A DNA stretch of 64,000 nucleotides, from the NCBI GenBank assembly GCA_038087875.1, contig CM075988.1, positions 10,542,001 through 10,606,000 on the forward strand. The letters are read 5' to 3'. Source of the DNA: Malacoraja senta (lineage: Eukaryota). Below, one piece after another: positions 11,294 to 25,076 of the stretch (within the stretch, counting starts at the first letter, position 1; every line of letters starts with the position of its first letter). The position numbers and the translations under genes are program-made. The notes under the pieces are model-generated. The model was given only the letters and a program-made list of their open reading frames with translations. It did not search any database and had not been told where the DNA came from.

Positions 11294-14200
11294 TCATTCA
11301 CCGTCTCTCAGGTTATGGCATGCTGTTACGTATTGTGCACCAAGATGTGCCGTATTTCCTTCACCAAGGATTATTCTTAGTTTTGATGTATCATCTAGTT
11401 CTTTAAAATCAGGGGTTGCCTGACTGAGTTTGTCAAAGTATGTTTTCCTTGTTTTGTCAAATTTTTTGCATTTTAGGAGGAAGTGCACCTCTGTTTCAAC
11501 CTCATCTGTCAAACAGTGGCCGTATATTCTGTTTTCTCTTGGTTGCCAGAATCTCTTCTGTCTTCCTTTTTCAACTGCCAAATAGTGGTCACTTAGCCTG
11601 TATTTGGTGATGGTCTGCCTTTGTTTTATGTCTCTAACAGTTGAGAGATAGTCTGCCAATTTATAATCTCTTTTTAGGGCACGGTAGCATTCTAATCTGC
11701 TTTGGCTTTTGGTTTCTTTATCCCAATGTTCCAAATATGTTTCTTTACATTGTTTGATAATTTGGTTCACTCTAACTGGTGATTGGGGATCAGTATTGAT
11801 CTGAGGCTGGTCAGGATTTAACTGGATAGGGTTTAACTGAATGGGGGTAGTTAGTCTCAGTACCAACTGACACTGGGAACTCTTTTCTGGGCTCCCCTCT
11901 TGTGTTTTAAGGGCTTTAAACTGGAGGGTATCTGGTGAGCTAGATTTAAGGTGATTCCAAAAATTTAGTGCTCTTTTCTGGATATTTATTATCAGTGGGT
12001 ATCTGCCTAATTCTGCCCTACATGCGTTTGTTGGTGTTTTCCTTTGGATGCGGAGGATGTTCCGACAAAATTCCGCATGCAGGGCCTCCGTTGCATGTTT
12101 TTCCCATTTACTATAACTATGGTGACTGAGCGGCCCCCATACTTCACTACAATAAAGAGCAATAGGCTGGATTAAACTGTCAAATATTTTAAGCCAGATT
12201 TTAATTGGAATTTGGATGTTGTAGAATCTTCTTTTTATTGCATACAGAGCTCTTCGAGCTTTCTCTTTTAGTGCATTCACTGCCACATTGAAGCTCCCTG
12301 ATGCTGCAACAGTTAGACCAAGGTAAGTATAGCTCATAGTGCGTTCGATAATAATACCATTGATAGTAAATTTGTATTTATCTTCCTGACATCTGTTTTT
12401 TTTCCTGAAAAATCATGATGTTGGTTTTCTTTAGATTTACTGCCAGGGCCCAATTTTGGCAGTACTCATGAAGTAGGTCCAACTGTTGCTGCAGTCCCTG
12501 TTCTGTGGGGGACAGCAGAAACAAGTCCTCCGCATAAAACAGAGATTTTACCTCTCCGTCCAGAAGACAGAGGCCCGGCGCAGTGCTCTGGTCCAGCTTT
12601 ATTGCCAAATCGTTGATATATAAATTAAACAGTGTCGGGCTCAGATTGCAGCCGTGCCGGACGCCTCTTCTCTGGGTGAAGAGATCAATGCGTTTGTCCC
12701 CAATTTTAACGCCGCATTTATTATTCAGATACATTGATTTGATAAGGTCATATACCTTTCCTCCTATACCACAACAGAGGAGTTTGTAATAGAGCCCTTC
12801 ATGCCAAATAGAGTCAAATGCTTTCTCAAAGTCAATAAAACAGGCAAATATTTTTCCATTTTTTGCTTGGTGTACATGTTTTTCAATGAGAGTGTGGAGG
12901 GTGTAAATGTGGTCAGTGGTACGATGTTTTGGGAGGAAGCTAATTTGGTTTTTACTGAGAATGTTGTATTTGTTAAGGAAATCCTGCATTCTGTTATTTA
13001 TGATACTGCAGAATAACTTCCCTAGGCAGCTACTGACACAGATGCCGCGATAAATATTTGGGTCTAGTTTGTTTCCACTCTTATAAATGGGTGAAATAAG
13101 CCCTTGGCACCAAATATCAGGGAAATAACCTGAACGTAGTATGATGTTGAACAGCCTAAGCACTATGTCCTGCATCTCCGGAGTGCTGTACTTGAGCATT
13201 TCATTTTTAATGCTATCTGGACCACAGGCTTTCTTTGAGTGAAGAGATTTTATTTTTAAGGTCAGTTCTTCCAAAGTAATTGGGAAATCAAGGGGGTTTT
13301 GATAATCTTTAATTACTATTTCTAGTGTTTGGAGTTTTTCTTTGATATGAGAATGATTTGAGTTTATTTTATTTATTGGGATGTCTTTATATAGATTTTT
13401 GAAGTGTGCTCTCCAGATATCACCGTCTTGAATTGGTAATGTTTGTAGTTTTGTTGTGCTCAGGTTATTCCACATATCCCAAAATTGGTTTTGATTTATG
13501 GAATTTTCAATTTCTTCAAGTCTTTAGTGAGTGTGATTTTGTCTTTTGTTCCTAATCGTGTGTTTATACCTTTTAAGAGTTTCATTATATCTAATGCGTA
13601 AGTCTGGATTGTTTGGTTGACGGTGTTTTTGGTTCGATATTTTCCTCAGATCTTTTCTGACATTTTTACACTCGTGGTCGAACCATTTTTCATGGTTGTT
13701 TTTTTTGTTAATATTTCTCTTCTGTTTCACAAGGTCAGATTTGACAGCAGCCTTGTGAAAGATCATATTAATGTCCTTTATAGCCATGTTTACACCATCT
13801 CTAGTAGTCGCATATGGGTTAGTCTTGTATTTCAATATTTTATTTGTGAGATCAGGTGAATTCAGGGCCACGATGAATTTATCTCCACTGTCTGAAGCCC
13901 ATCTGTAAGTCTGATTTAGTTTATACAGCTTACTTGGTTCCTTTTTTACATCTTTAGTTTGAAGAGGAAATTTTAGGTACACATTGATTTGACTATGGTC
14001 TGAAAGAGGGGACTGCTGCCTAACAGTGAATGCACTGATAGTGCAGGGGTCTATGTCAGTAATTGCGTAGTCTACCACGCTAGACCCAAGAGCTGAGGAA
14101 TATGTAAACCTTCCCATCGAGTCCCCTCTGAGCCTACCATTAACTATGTACAGGCCCAAGGCTCGACAGAGATGCACTACCTCTCTACCACTTTTATTTA

Positions 14201-14796
14201 TTTCACAGTCCAGGTTGTTCCGGTTAATGATAGTTGGGTGACATACAAGGGGGTTTGACCGAACACATGGTTGTTGCCCTGTGGGTCTATGGAATCGGGT
14301 TCACATCCAGTCCTTGCATTCAGGTCTCCACATAGTAGCACATTTCCCTGGGCCTGGAAATGATTGATTTCCATGTGGAGAGTTTCAAATATATCCTCTT
14401 CAAAATATGGCGATTCTATTGGGGGTATGTAGGCGGCACATAGATATATATCTTTTCCAGTTATTCCAATTGTTTTATCTAGTTTCAACCATATATGTGA
14501 TTTCCCCTGTTTTATTGATGTAATGTGACTGTCTAGTTCTTCTTTGTACCATACCAAGACCCCCCCCCAGAGGTTCTGCCCTTACGTATATCAGTAGTTT
14601 TTACTGAGGGCACCTTGACTTCATGGCACCCTGAGGGGCAGTGAATGAACGTATCCTTTCGGTACCATGTTTCCGTTAATATCATTATATCAGTGTCTTC
14701 TATAGACTTTAGGAACTCAGGGTTCCCAGTCTTCATACCGAAGGTTGAAGAGTAGAGACCCTGGATATTCCAGCATCCTATATGAAATGAACTCAT
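11294..14796 (-). pseudogene. LINE ORF2: APE endonuclease + RT + C-terminal Cys/His motif, several frameshifts and stops
   Basis: Fragments GCWNIQG/LTETW, GDLNART, SVVDY/SDH, CGPDSI, YRGICV, DFEKAFD, GVRHGCNLSP, YAED (decayed YADD), RAELGRYPL, HC..EVETEVHFLLKC. Confidence 0.9.
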
Positions 14797-15124
14797 TTAT
14801 TTTCTATTTATATTCTTTTCTTTTTTAATTTAAATAAAACCTATTTTGTGGGACAGGTGCGAAAACACTAGTTTTTTTTCTATAATTGGGGAATGTTAGG
14901 TAAAGTTTTGTATGCTATGGTAAGGCACACTCGTACTGCCACCTAGTAATAATAACTATATCAATAATAGCAATATCAACAGTATTAATAGCAATATCAA
15001 CAATATCAACAGTACTAATTCAGTGCAAACATATCAACAATATCAACAGTACTAATTCAGTGCAATCATATGCTGTTTTTTATCAGTCACTCGGAAGGGA
15101 CTGTTTATATATTTGTATCCTTTG

Positions 15125-16844
15125 TTACCATAGGAGGTGGGAACAAAGGGTGTGCAGCAGCTGCCTGATCTCTCCCATCTCCGAGGTGATCCGCGGCTGT
15201 GGCTGGAATGATGGGCCGGGGGCAGTGGCGACCCTGGCTGGGCTGTTATGTCGCCTCGCAGTTTGGCGGGTGGTCCTGACATGGTGGGGGGAAGGGAGTC
15301 CAGATTGGCCTCTTGGGTTCCAATTGATCGTGGGGGTGGGAAGGTTACGTCCCAGGGCAGTATATTTGAGGTTCTTTGCGAAGACCCTCACCCCCTGTCT
15401 GTTTAGATGTATTCCATCATGGAGGTCCCATGTACCGATGGTCGGGTCGTGGGCCAATTGGATATTAGGGAGGGTGGCACATCCTCTGCTGATCTCTATG
15501 TTGGTATTGTGAATCACTTGGGGTGAGGTATCCATCCTGGGCAGCAGGGTAGAGATCACGATGCTCGAATCAGGGAATTCCTTGCTGGCCTTTTCTGCCA
15601 TCTTCGTTATTGCCCCCGCAGTACGATGACGTAAGGTGCGCAAATCATTCGTGCCTGTATGGATCACAATGTGTTGAGGGCTCCCGATGGTGTCTTTGCT
15701 CAGGACCCTCATTGCATGGTCTGTGGTGCTGCACGTTCTAACCAATACCTGGCGACCTGGGAACAGCCTCTGGGGATCCAGAAACTTCCCGTTGGAATCA
15801 GTCAGTAGGACTACCTGAGGGTTTTGCTCTTCAGACTGGGGGGCAGGAGGTTGGGTGAAGCTAGGGTGGGGGTTGCCTGTTGACTGTGTACCCGTGGTAA
15901 GCTGTGTGACAGAAGGGATGTCCACTAATGGTGTATTGGTGGGCTGAGTGCAGCTCAGAGGGGTCGGAGCGGCCAATGGGAAGTGAGCAGCAGCTGGAAT
16001 CTGTGTGTTTTCATGTGTCCTTTTTGGGATTTCTGGGTGATTGTCCCTGACATTCTGGAGCTGCTTGACAAGTTCATTTCCCTGTTTACTCATTTCCTCC
16101 TTTATTTTGGCTATTTGGACCCGGAGTGCACAGTTTTCTAGTCTCAACTCTTCCAGGGTTCTCTTCATCTCAGAGGTGGTAGTATCATTTTTCGTCCTCA
16201 GCTGATTGAAGTCCTCTTTCAGCTGGTAGAGTTGCTTAGCCTGCGCTTGTTTAAGTTCCGTGAACTGAAGTTCTAGCTGAGCCAGATTCTCTTTCAGCAG
16301 GCGGTTTGAATTATGAGGTGTAGGGGGGGTAGAGATGGCCATGGCAGCCATTGTCTCTAGTGGTCTATCATCTTCATAGTTATCCAGGTGGGTATTGGTC
16401 CATTTTTCATTTACTTTCTCTTTTAGCAGGGGAAAGATCCCTTCAAAAGAGTCCAAGTTTTCTGAGTTTCCTTGTATCATGATCTTGCCTTTATTATAGT
16501 AGGAAATAGTAAGGCTAGGATCATCTTTATCCAGGCTTTGATCTTTGCATATTTTTAGTCTGCCCCCATGTCCAATACCCTCACTATGGACATATGGGTA
16601 GTTTTCAAGCAGAGTGTCTCTCCATGGATAGATGTATTTAGTGAAGAATATGAGGTTACTCTTCTTCCTACACCCTTGATGTTGGGCGTAATCAGCGTAA
16701 AGGACCTCTGGGTTTTCCTGGAGAGTTTTTTCCTTATGTTTATCTTTTGCACTTTCGCTTTTGCATTTTGGTGGGTATGCTATTTCCCAGCTCTTTGTTC
16801 TGCATGCTATGCTGCTCCGATTCTATCTGATCTGCCTGCAGCAT
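15125..16844 (-). pseudogene. LINE ORF1 with coiled coil and SGNH esterase domain
   Basis: LLTDSNG, IHTGTND, ISTLLPR and DGIHLN esterase blocks; the frame is open upstream of 16480 (YPPKCK..ENPEVLYADY); probable ATG at 16844 with one frameshift near 16790. Confidence 0.8.
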
Positions 16845-17518
16845 TTTATCTGTTTGTTTATTTATTTATTTATTTATTTGTCAATTTATTTATTTATTCC
16901 CCTTTCCAAGTTTTCGTGTTTCACACCCAGTCCCACTTTAGGTATAGTTTTCAGGGGTTCATTCTAGATATGGCTATTTTGGGTAAGTTTAAGTTTAAGT
17001 TGGATAAGTTCAGTTTAATTAGGTTTTGGCCACACAGACCTTCTTGGGTTCGGGCCTTGCGTTGGGTCGACCAGCCTCAGGTTAGATTTCACGGGTCTTG
17101 TGGAGCTGCAGCAAACTCAGGGTCTCTCTCGCAGAGCACACACCCGTCTCTCTCTCTCTCTCTCACAGAGGGCTGGGCTGGGCTGGGCTGGGCAGGGCAG
17201 GGCTGGCTTCACATCCATTGCTCACTGGGAACGGGGACCCGCCCGCAGTGTGGGGACTTCACCGACTCCGGGTATCGGTGCTTCTGGTCCCGGCCTCCAG
17301 CGTCTCTCTCTCTCTCTCTCTCTCTCTCCCGCGGGTCCCGACCCGATCTCCCGTTCATGTGAAGGACGGCTATGGAGACCGCTATAAACGTAAGTTAGGG
17401 GGGATATTTCTCCCTCCCCACACGGCCCCCGAGTCCCAAACCCTCACCCTCTGTGGACGACGGCGACGATTAATAAATGATAATTGTCCCCGGGACTCAC
17501 GCAGGCATCACCGCGGGC

Positions 17519-17531
17519 GCCGCCATCTTGG
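17519..17531 (-). promoter_or_regulatory. YY1 consensus site in the LINE 5' internal promoter
   Basis: Minus strand CAAGATGGCGGC ~40-50 nt inside the element's 5' end, within a CpG-rich 5' UTR. Confidence 0.55.
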
Positions 17532-17571
17532 ATCTCTCTCTCCGTGTCTCTCTCTTTCTCTCCCTCTGTCC

Positions 17572-17785
17572 ATGTTCTCTCCATGACCACATGGGTTTTC
17601 TCCAGGTGCTCCAGTTTCCGCCCACACTCCAAAGACGTACAGGTGTGTAGGTTATTTGGCTTTGGTAAAAATTGTAAAATGTCCCCAGTGCGTATTGATA
17701 GTGCGATCGCTGGTTGGATTCGGTGGGCCGAAGGGCCTGTTTCTGCTTTGCATCTCTAAACTAAACTAAATTAAAACTAAACTAA
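17572..17785 (+). mobile_element. 3' part of the split V-SINE
   Basis: ttctctccatgaccacatgggttttctccaggtgctccagtttccgcccacactccaaagac...(ctaaa)n tail. Confidence 0.8.
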
Positions 17786-17985
17786 AGATAGACACAAAAA
17801 GCTTAAGTAAATTAGCGGGTCAGACAGCATCTCCGAAGAAAAGGAATAGGTGACGTTTCTGGTCAGACCAAACCCGAAACATCTCCTGTTGCTTTTCTCC
17901 AGAGATGCTGTCTGATCCGCCTAGTTACTCCAGCTTTTCATGTACATCTTTGTTTAAACCAACATCTGCAGTTCCTTCCCACAAC
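17786..17985. repeat. Fold-back pair of Penelope-terminal repeats
   Basis: Left arm agacacaaaa...cagcatctc...ggtgacgtttc is inverted relative to right arm gaaacatc...gagatgctg...gttactccagc. Confidence 0.7.
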
Positions 17986-18970
17986 AGAAAGATACAATTA
18001 GGTGCCAATTTATGATAATAATCTGTCTTCCATCACATTTCGTAAAACAAAACTAATGCTGGTTCTGCCTGAGAAGCCCTTGAATGGATTAAAAAAAACA
18101 TGTTAGGCAGGCAATTACTTTTCCATCCTGTTAGGATCTTTTCTTTTGACAAAAGTAGGAAAATCAGCCCATCAGATCCATGCTAGCTCCTGGGAAACTC
18201 TCCCAATTGTTCAATGGTCTCTCTCCTGATTTCCTTGTATGCCTGCAAGTTATTTTCTTTAATGGAGCCCCATCAACTCCATCTTGATTCTTTTGCTGTT
18301 AGCCTACATTAAAGGGTGATTTACAGGAACTAATTAACCTTATCTTAATGTTAATATGGGTGGAATTCCGAGCACTCAATGCAAAGCCATACGGCCACAG
18401 TGGTACCCTGCAAACGCTGCAAAAGTGGCATCCAAGATAAAAATCAAACCCGGTCTCCTGGAGTTATGAGGCAGCATGCGACCTGTGTAGGGGAGGAGAT
18501 GTGCTCAATTCAACAATAAACCTCTCAAATGTTGTGTATAAACCTATTCAATGGCACCCGAAAGGTGCTAAGATGAGGTCCTAAGGGTTGATGGAACAAT
18601 ACTGGAGTAATTTAAAGATGGACCCAGATCAATTAATGCAGAAGAAGAACAATGCTACAGAAATCTCCTTTGTCAAGCAGTTTGCATGGTAGGACAGATA
18701 AGCAGCTTGGATATATGTGCTGTGGGTATTCATAGGATGGATCATTTTATAAGGGCAAGTGCAGTGCAAAGTTAACCTGGGCTCTTTTCTTCTTTCATAT
18801 TCATGCAAGCTTCCTCAATATCTAATCTTGGATCCGCAGGTCATTTTCATTGTGACTATTCACCATCTCTTCTTCCCACTGGCCAAAAATATCATTTTGG
18901 GTCCATCCCACATTCTGCAGAGGTGCTTGAAGAAGAACACAAGAAAATAGGAGCAGGATTAAGTCATCAG

Positions 18971-21823
18971 TTGAATGTGCAGATAGCTATTAATGACTAT
19001 GATATAGTTGGGATCACGGAGACATGGCTCCAGGGTGACCAAGGCTGGGAGCTGAACATCCAGGGATATTCAATATTCAGGAGGGATAGAGAGAAAGGAA
19101 AAGGAGGTGGGGTAGCATTGATGATTAGAGAGGAGATTAACGCAATGGAAAGGAAGGACATTAGGTTCGAGGATGTGGAATCGGTATGGGTAGAGCTGCG
19201 AAACACTAAGGGGCAGAAAACGCTGGTGGGTGTTGTGTACAGGCCACCTAACCGTAGTAGTGAAGTTGGAGATGGTATCAAACAGGAAATTAGAAATGCA
19301 TGCGACAAAGGCAAAACAGTTATAATGGGTGACTTCAATCTACATATAGATTGGGTGAATCAAATTGGCAGGGGTGCTGAGGAAGAGGATTTCTTGGAAT
19401 GTATGCGGGATAGTTATCTAAATCAACATGTAGAGGAACCAACGAGAGAGCAGGCTATTTTAGACTGGGTATTGAGTAATGAGGAAGGGTTAGTTAGCAG
19501 TCTTGTTGTACGTGCCCCCTTGGGCAAGAGTGACCATAATATGGTTGAGTTCTTCATTAGGATGGAGAGTGACATTGTTAATTCAGAAACAATGGTTCTG
19601 AACTTAAAGAAAGGTAACTTTGAGGGTATGAGACATGAATTGGCCATGATTGACTGGCAATTAATTCTAAAAGGGTTGACGGTGGACATGCAATGGAAGA
19701 CATTTAAAGACTGCATGGATGAACTACAAAAATTGTTCATCCCAGTTTGGCAAAAGAATAAATCAGGGAAGGTAGTGCATCCGTGGATAACAAGGGAAAT
19801 CAGGGATGGTATCAAAGCGAAAGATGATGCGTACAAATTAGCCAGAAAAAGCAGCATACCAGAGGACTGGGAGAAATTCAGAGACCAGCAGAGGAGGACA
19901 AAGGGCTTAATTAGGAAAGGAAAAATAGATTATGAAAGAAAACTGGCAGGGAACATAAAAACTGACTGCAAAAGTTTTTATAAATATGTAAAAAGAAAGA
20001 GATTAGTTAAAACAAATGTAGGTCCCTTGCAGTCAGAAACAGGTGAGTTGATCATGGGGAGCAAGGATATGGCGGACCAATTGAATAACTACTTTGGTTC
20101 CGTCTTCACTAAGGAAGACATAAATAATCTGCCGGAAATAGCAGGGGACCGCGGGTCAAAGGAGTTGGAGGAATTGAGTGAAATCCAGGTTAGTCGGGAA
20201 GTGGTTTTGGGTAAATTGAATGGATTAAAGGCCGATAAATCCCCAGGGCCAGATAGGCTGCATCCCAGAGTACTTAAGTAAGTAGCTCCAGAAATAGTGG
20301 ATGCATTAGTAATAATCTTTCAAAATTCTTTAGATTCTGGAGTAGTTCCTGAGGATTGGCGGGTAGCAAACGTAACCCCACTTTTTAAGAAGGGAGGGAG
20401 AGAGAAAACGGGGAATTATAGACCAGTTAGTCTAACATCGGTAGTGGGGAAACTGCTAGAGTCAGTTATTAAAGATGGGATAGCAGCACATTTGGAAAGT
20501 GGTGAAATCATTGGACAAAGTCAGCATGGATTTACGAAAGGTAAATCATGTCTGACGAATCTTATAGAATTTTTCGAGGATGTAACTAGTAGCGTGGATA
20601 GGGGAGAACCAGTGGATGTGGTGTATCTGGACTTCCAGAAGGCTTTCGACAAGGTCCCACATAAGAGATTAGTATACAAACTTAAAGCACATGGCATTGG
20701 GGGTTCAGTATTGATGTGGATAGAGAACTGGCTGGCAAACAGGAAGCAAAGAGTAGGAGTAAACGGATCCTTTTCACAATGGCAGGCGGTGACTAGTGGG
20801 GTACCGCAAGGCTCAGTGCTGGGACCCCTGCTATTTACAATATATATTAATGACCTGGATGAGGGAATTGAAGGCAATATCTCCAAGTTTGCGGATGACA
20901 CTAAGCTGGGGGGCAGTGTTAGCTGTGAGGAGGATGCTAGGAGACTGCAAGGTGACTTGGATAGGCTGGGTGAGTGGGCAAATGTTTGGCAGATGCAGTA
21001 TAATGTGGATAAATGTGAGGTTATCCATTTTGGTGGCAAAAACAGGAAAGCAGACTATTTTCTAAATGGTGGCCGACTAGGAAAAGGGGAGATGCAGCGA
21101 GACCTGGGTGTCATGGTACACCAGTCATTGAAAGTAGGCATGCAGGTGCAGCAGGCAGTGAAGAAAGCGAATGGTATGTTAGCTTTCATAGCAAAAGGAT
21201 TTGAGTATAGGAGCAGGGAGGTTCTACTGCAGTTGTACAGAGTCTTGGTGAGACCACACCTGGAGTATTGCGTACAGTTTTGGTCTCCAAATCTGAGGAA
21301 GGACATTATTGCCATAGAGGGAGTGCAGAGAAGGTTCACCAGACTGATTCCTGGGATGTCAGGACTGTCTTATGAAGAAAGACTGGATAGACTTGGTTTA
21401 TACTCTCTAGAATTTAGGAGATTGAGAGGGGATCTTATAGAAACTTACAAAATTCTTAAGGGGTTGGACAGGCTAGATGCAGGAAGATTGCTCCCGATGT
21501 TGGGGAAGTCCAGGACAAGGGGTCACAGCTTAAGGATAAGGGGGAAATCCTTTAAAACCGAGATGAGAAGAACTTTTTTCACACAGGGAGTGGTGAATCT
21601 CTGGAACTCTCTGCCACAGAGGGTAGTCAAGGCCAGTTCATTGGCTATATTTAAGAGGGAGCTAGATGTGGCCCTTGTGGCTAATGGGATCAGAGGGTAT
21701 GGAGAGAAGGCAGGTACGGGATACTGAGTTGGATGATCAGCCATGATCATATTGAATGGCGGTGCAGGCTCGAAGGGCCGAATGGCATACTCCTGCACCT
21801 AATTTCTATGTTTCTATGTTTCT
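18971..21823 (+). mobile_element. 5'-truncated young CR1 LINE; ORF2 with a single premature TAA at 20279-20281
   Basis: APE (ITETW, YRPP, GDFN, SDH) and RT (FADD) in one frame apart from the stop; (TTTCTATG)n tail; ATCAG duplicated at 18966-18970 and 21824-21828 inside an older minus-strand CR1 tail. Confidence 0.95.
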
Positions 21824-22199
21824 ATCAGGTCCCTCAAGCATTCTTGCCATTCAATCTTATCATGGCTGATCGATACTGGCCTCAAATCCTCTTCTGTGCC
21901 AATTTCTCGTAACCGTCAATACCTAGATCTTTCCAATAGTTATCTATATCCACCCTAGGCATATGTAATGATCTGGCCACCACCAGCCTTTGGGAGAGAT
22001 ATGATCAGATATTCTTTGAAGGGAGAAATTTCAACACACCTCAATGCTAAATGACCAGACCCTTGTTTAGAAGCTTTGTTCCCTTCTTCACATCTCTCCC
22101 ACTAGTTAAACATCTGGAGAATTGATCGAAGATCGAGAGCCCAGCATGAAGTTTTGGTTGATGCGTGTGTAGAAGGAATGCAGAGCAAACAGGTGGAGC

Positions 22200-22360
22200 A
22201 GTTTAGTTTAGTTTAGTTTAGAGATACAGCACGGAAACAGACCCTTCATGTCCGTGCCGACCAGCGATCCCTGCATATTAACACCATCCTACACACACCA
22301 GGGACAATTTGTACATTTACCAAGCCAATTAACCTACAAACCTATACGTCTTTGGACACG
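22200..22360 (-). mobile_element. V-SINE 3' fragment
   Basis: (tttag)n tail, gatacagcacggaaacag, ccaattaacctacaaacc. Confidence 0.7.
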
Positions 22361-23499
22361 TTACACAACTGAGCTCCAAGGCAAAGGTAGAAAGATGTGG
22401 CGAAAGGGAGGCAATGTGGGTGTGGCACAGGAACAGTTTAGTTCTATTCCCGGGGAAAACAGAATTAAAAGGTGTAATTGCCTCTGCTTGCATTCACTTT
22501 CTTCAGCAGGCTATTCAATTTTGCTCAGGCATTGTAGCCTGGTCTTCTGAATTGGAACCATTAGCCTAGCCAGCCATATGCTGCCAGAGTTGTTATTTAT
22601 CTGATTTGCTAACATTGCAGCTCGAGTGGAGTATACAATTGCAATCTCAAATTGCTGCAAGATCACTGCTTCTTCATCTGATGCTGCCTGCCATCTTCCC
22701 ATTGTAATACATAGCCTGTATCTGAACAACCAGGGTAAAATCAACTGAAGGTAAGGATACAATTGCCCCCCTACAAACTGGAGAGGTACCGGAAAGTCAC
22801 AGAGATTAACCTTTAAATAATGGAATAACTATGATATGATACGATACGACAACATTTTATTCTGCCCCAGAGGGAAATTGGTCTTGAATGTTAGTTTTGA
22901 GTGTAAAATAGAACAAACATTAAAGCTTTCTTTGACATTAAGGGTTTGAAGGTTAATTGGCCCCTATAAAATTGCCCCTAATGTGTAGGGGGTGGATAAG
23001 AAAAGTGGGATAACAAAGTACTAGTGAGAATATGAGATCAATGATCCATGTAGACTCGGTGGGCTGAAAGGCCTGTTTCTATGCTGTATCTCTAAACTGA
23101 AACTAAACATTTTCTGTTAAACTCCACAATGTCCCTCAAATGTTTCTTTGAACTGCTTTGCAAGCCTGTCCCATAGCAATTCCATGCCTTTGAGATATTT
23201 AACATTTTGAAAATAGGATCAAAGTGAATGAAAACATGTAAACAGTGAGGTCCTGAAGGTGTATGAAGGAACAGCAGATGCTGGTTTAAACCAAAGATAG
23301 ATACAAAATGCTGGATTAACTCAGCGGTACCTGAAGGTGGTTATTCAAGATGAAGAATAAGTGCAAATGTTTGAGCCACCAGAATAGGTTGAAGCAAATA
23401 AAATTACTTTATCACAGCTTCCAATCCTTTAAATGTGTGTTGCCAAAATTTTGGTCCAAATAGTTATTGCACTGAAATTAGTTTCTCCTTTTGACTAAA

Positions 23500-23615
23500 T
23501 GTGTAGGAAGGAACTGCAGCTGCTGGTTTACACTGAAGATAGATACAAAATGTTGCCTTCCATCCATAGATGCTGCCTGTCCCGCTGAATTACTCCAGCA
23601 TTTTGTGTCTATATT
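23500..23615. repeat. Fold-back Penelope-terminal repeat remnant
   Basis: gtaggaaggaactgcag...gatagatacaaaatg followed by the inverted cattttgtgtcta. Confidence 0.6.
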
Positions 23616-25076
23616 CCGTTGACTAATTCAGCCAAGATGTGCCGGCCTATTTTTGTTACTTGCATTAAAGAGTGTAGAGACATTTTTTACAAAAGTACAC
23701 TGTGCTCATGAACGATATCAAACGCATTCTTTTCTAGACTATGATTTTAACTATGGTGGATTTCTTCATGGCAATCGGTGAAAGAAGATAATTCTGCAGC
23801 TAACATTTAATTACAAACTCTCTTATCAGCTAGCACTACATGGTTGAGTTGTTCTGCAAACGCTGATCTTGCAGTTGTTTGGACAGCTCGCCACACGCCC
23901 AGGGACCTTTTATGAAATCAATAACATTCCAGCACTAAACTTCCCCATTAATAATGAGCGGTATCAGTAGTCAGAATATTAATGCGCATATTAAAAGCTC
24001 TGGAGCCATATTATTTTAGCAGGCGAGCATAGGGGATGGTAATGATCTGGCAGATCAGAGCACAAGTGCTGCTGCAATGTGAGGTAATCATTATAAGGTC
24101 TGGTTGGTTTTAATGGGAGTAGGAATATTAAGAAATGTATAAAAGGCTCTATTTCAAATAACATCTTATGGGTGGCTGGGGAACCTATATGATATATTCG
24201 TCTGCAAACTCAAACTGTTTTAATTCCAGCCTCTTATTTACGATCTTTCTCTGAAAGATTTCCTACCTAAAGCTGGTGGGAATGCATAATGAGCTGATGG
24301 AATGACACTGGGAAATTAGGAGAGAGTTTGACTGCTCCTGAAACACTGGAACAATATCCAGATAAAGGTAAGCAAAGAGCTCAAGGTGTCTGGGCATTCA
24401 GACTTACTGCAAATGGAACAGGAATGTACAAGGGAGAGTAGACCTCCTCATTTTCAAACAAAATAACTCGCATTCCACCAATTATCCAACATCCATTTCT
24501 TCACAATTTTCCATGCATCCATCCATCCATACCTGTTCTGCCATGTGCGTTTCCTCCAGGTGCTCCAGTTTTCCCCCCACGTTAATTAGCCACTGTAAAC
24601 TTCCCCTAATGTGTAAAGTGTGGATATAGAAGTGGGATAGCATAGAACCTGTGTGAACGTGTGATCAATGGTCAACTTAGAAGAAAGGGCCAAAGGGTGT
24701 TTCCAAGCTGTATATTTCAATCAATCGATCGATCAATTCACCCCTGATGTTTTTCCATCTCCCCAAATTCTCCCAATTATCTCATCCTCCATTCTACACA
24801 TCTTGTACTCCACTCAATTCACCCAATTCCTAACCACAAACAACCTTAAGGAAAGGTTTCAGGATTGCCACTTGGCGTTTGTTCTTGAAGTTTTTGCTGG
24901 TAATATGTGAGTCTTTCGGTTCTGGAGGTTATAAGGGTGCATGATTAGTATATGGCAAACATTTAAATCATGTCTCTAAGAGAGGTAGGTTGTGGTGATG
25001 CTGAGACAGGGAGTGTTGGGAACATACTGTACATGAATCTCCATCCTTCCCACTCAGACATACAAACACCTTTTCC

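Larger units (their letters stand above)
10980..17571 (-). mobile_element. Full-length two-ORF non-LTR retrotransposon with esterase ORF1 (RTEX-like)
   Basis: ATGTTC target-site duplication (10974-10979 and 17572-17577); 5' UTR, ORF1, spacer, ORF2 and 3' UTR with A-rich/(ATTGA)n tail; interrupts a SINE. The clade call is from motif memory. Confidence 0.85.

Noticed and set aside
16568..17632. 264-aa hydrophobic ORF and neighbouring ORFs
   Set aside because: Antisense to the LINE 5' UTR/ORF1 and spanning (TTTA)n and (CT)n repeats
18803..18970. N-terminal extension of the 492-aa ORF as a host-LINE fusion protein
   Set aside because: It is flanking DNA and an old CR1 tail read through in frame by chance; the element starts after the ATCAG duplication
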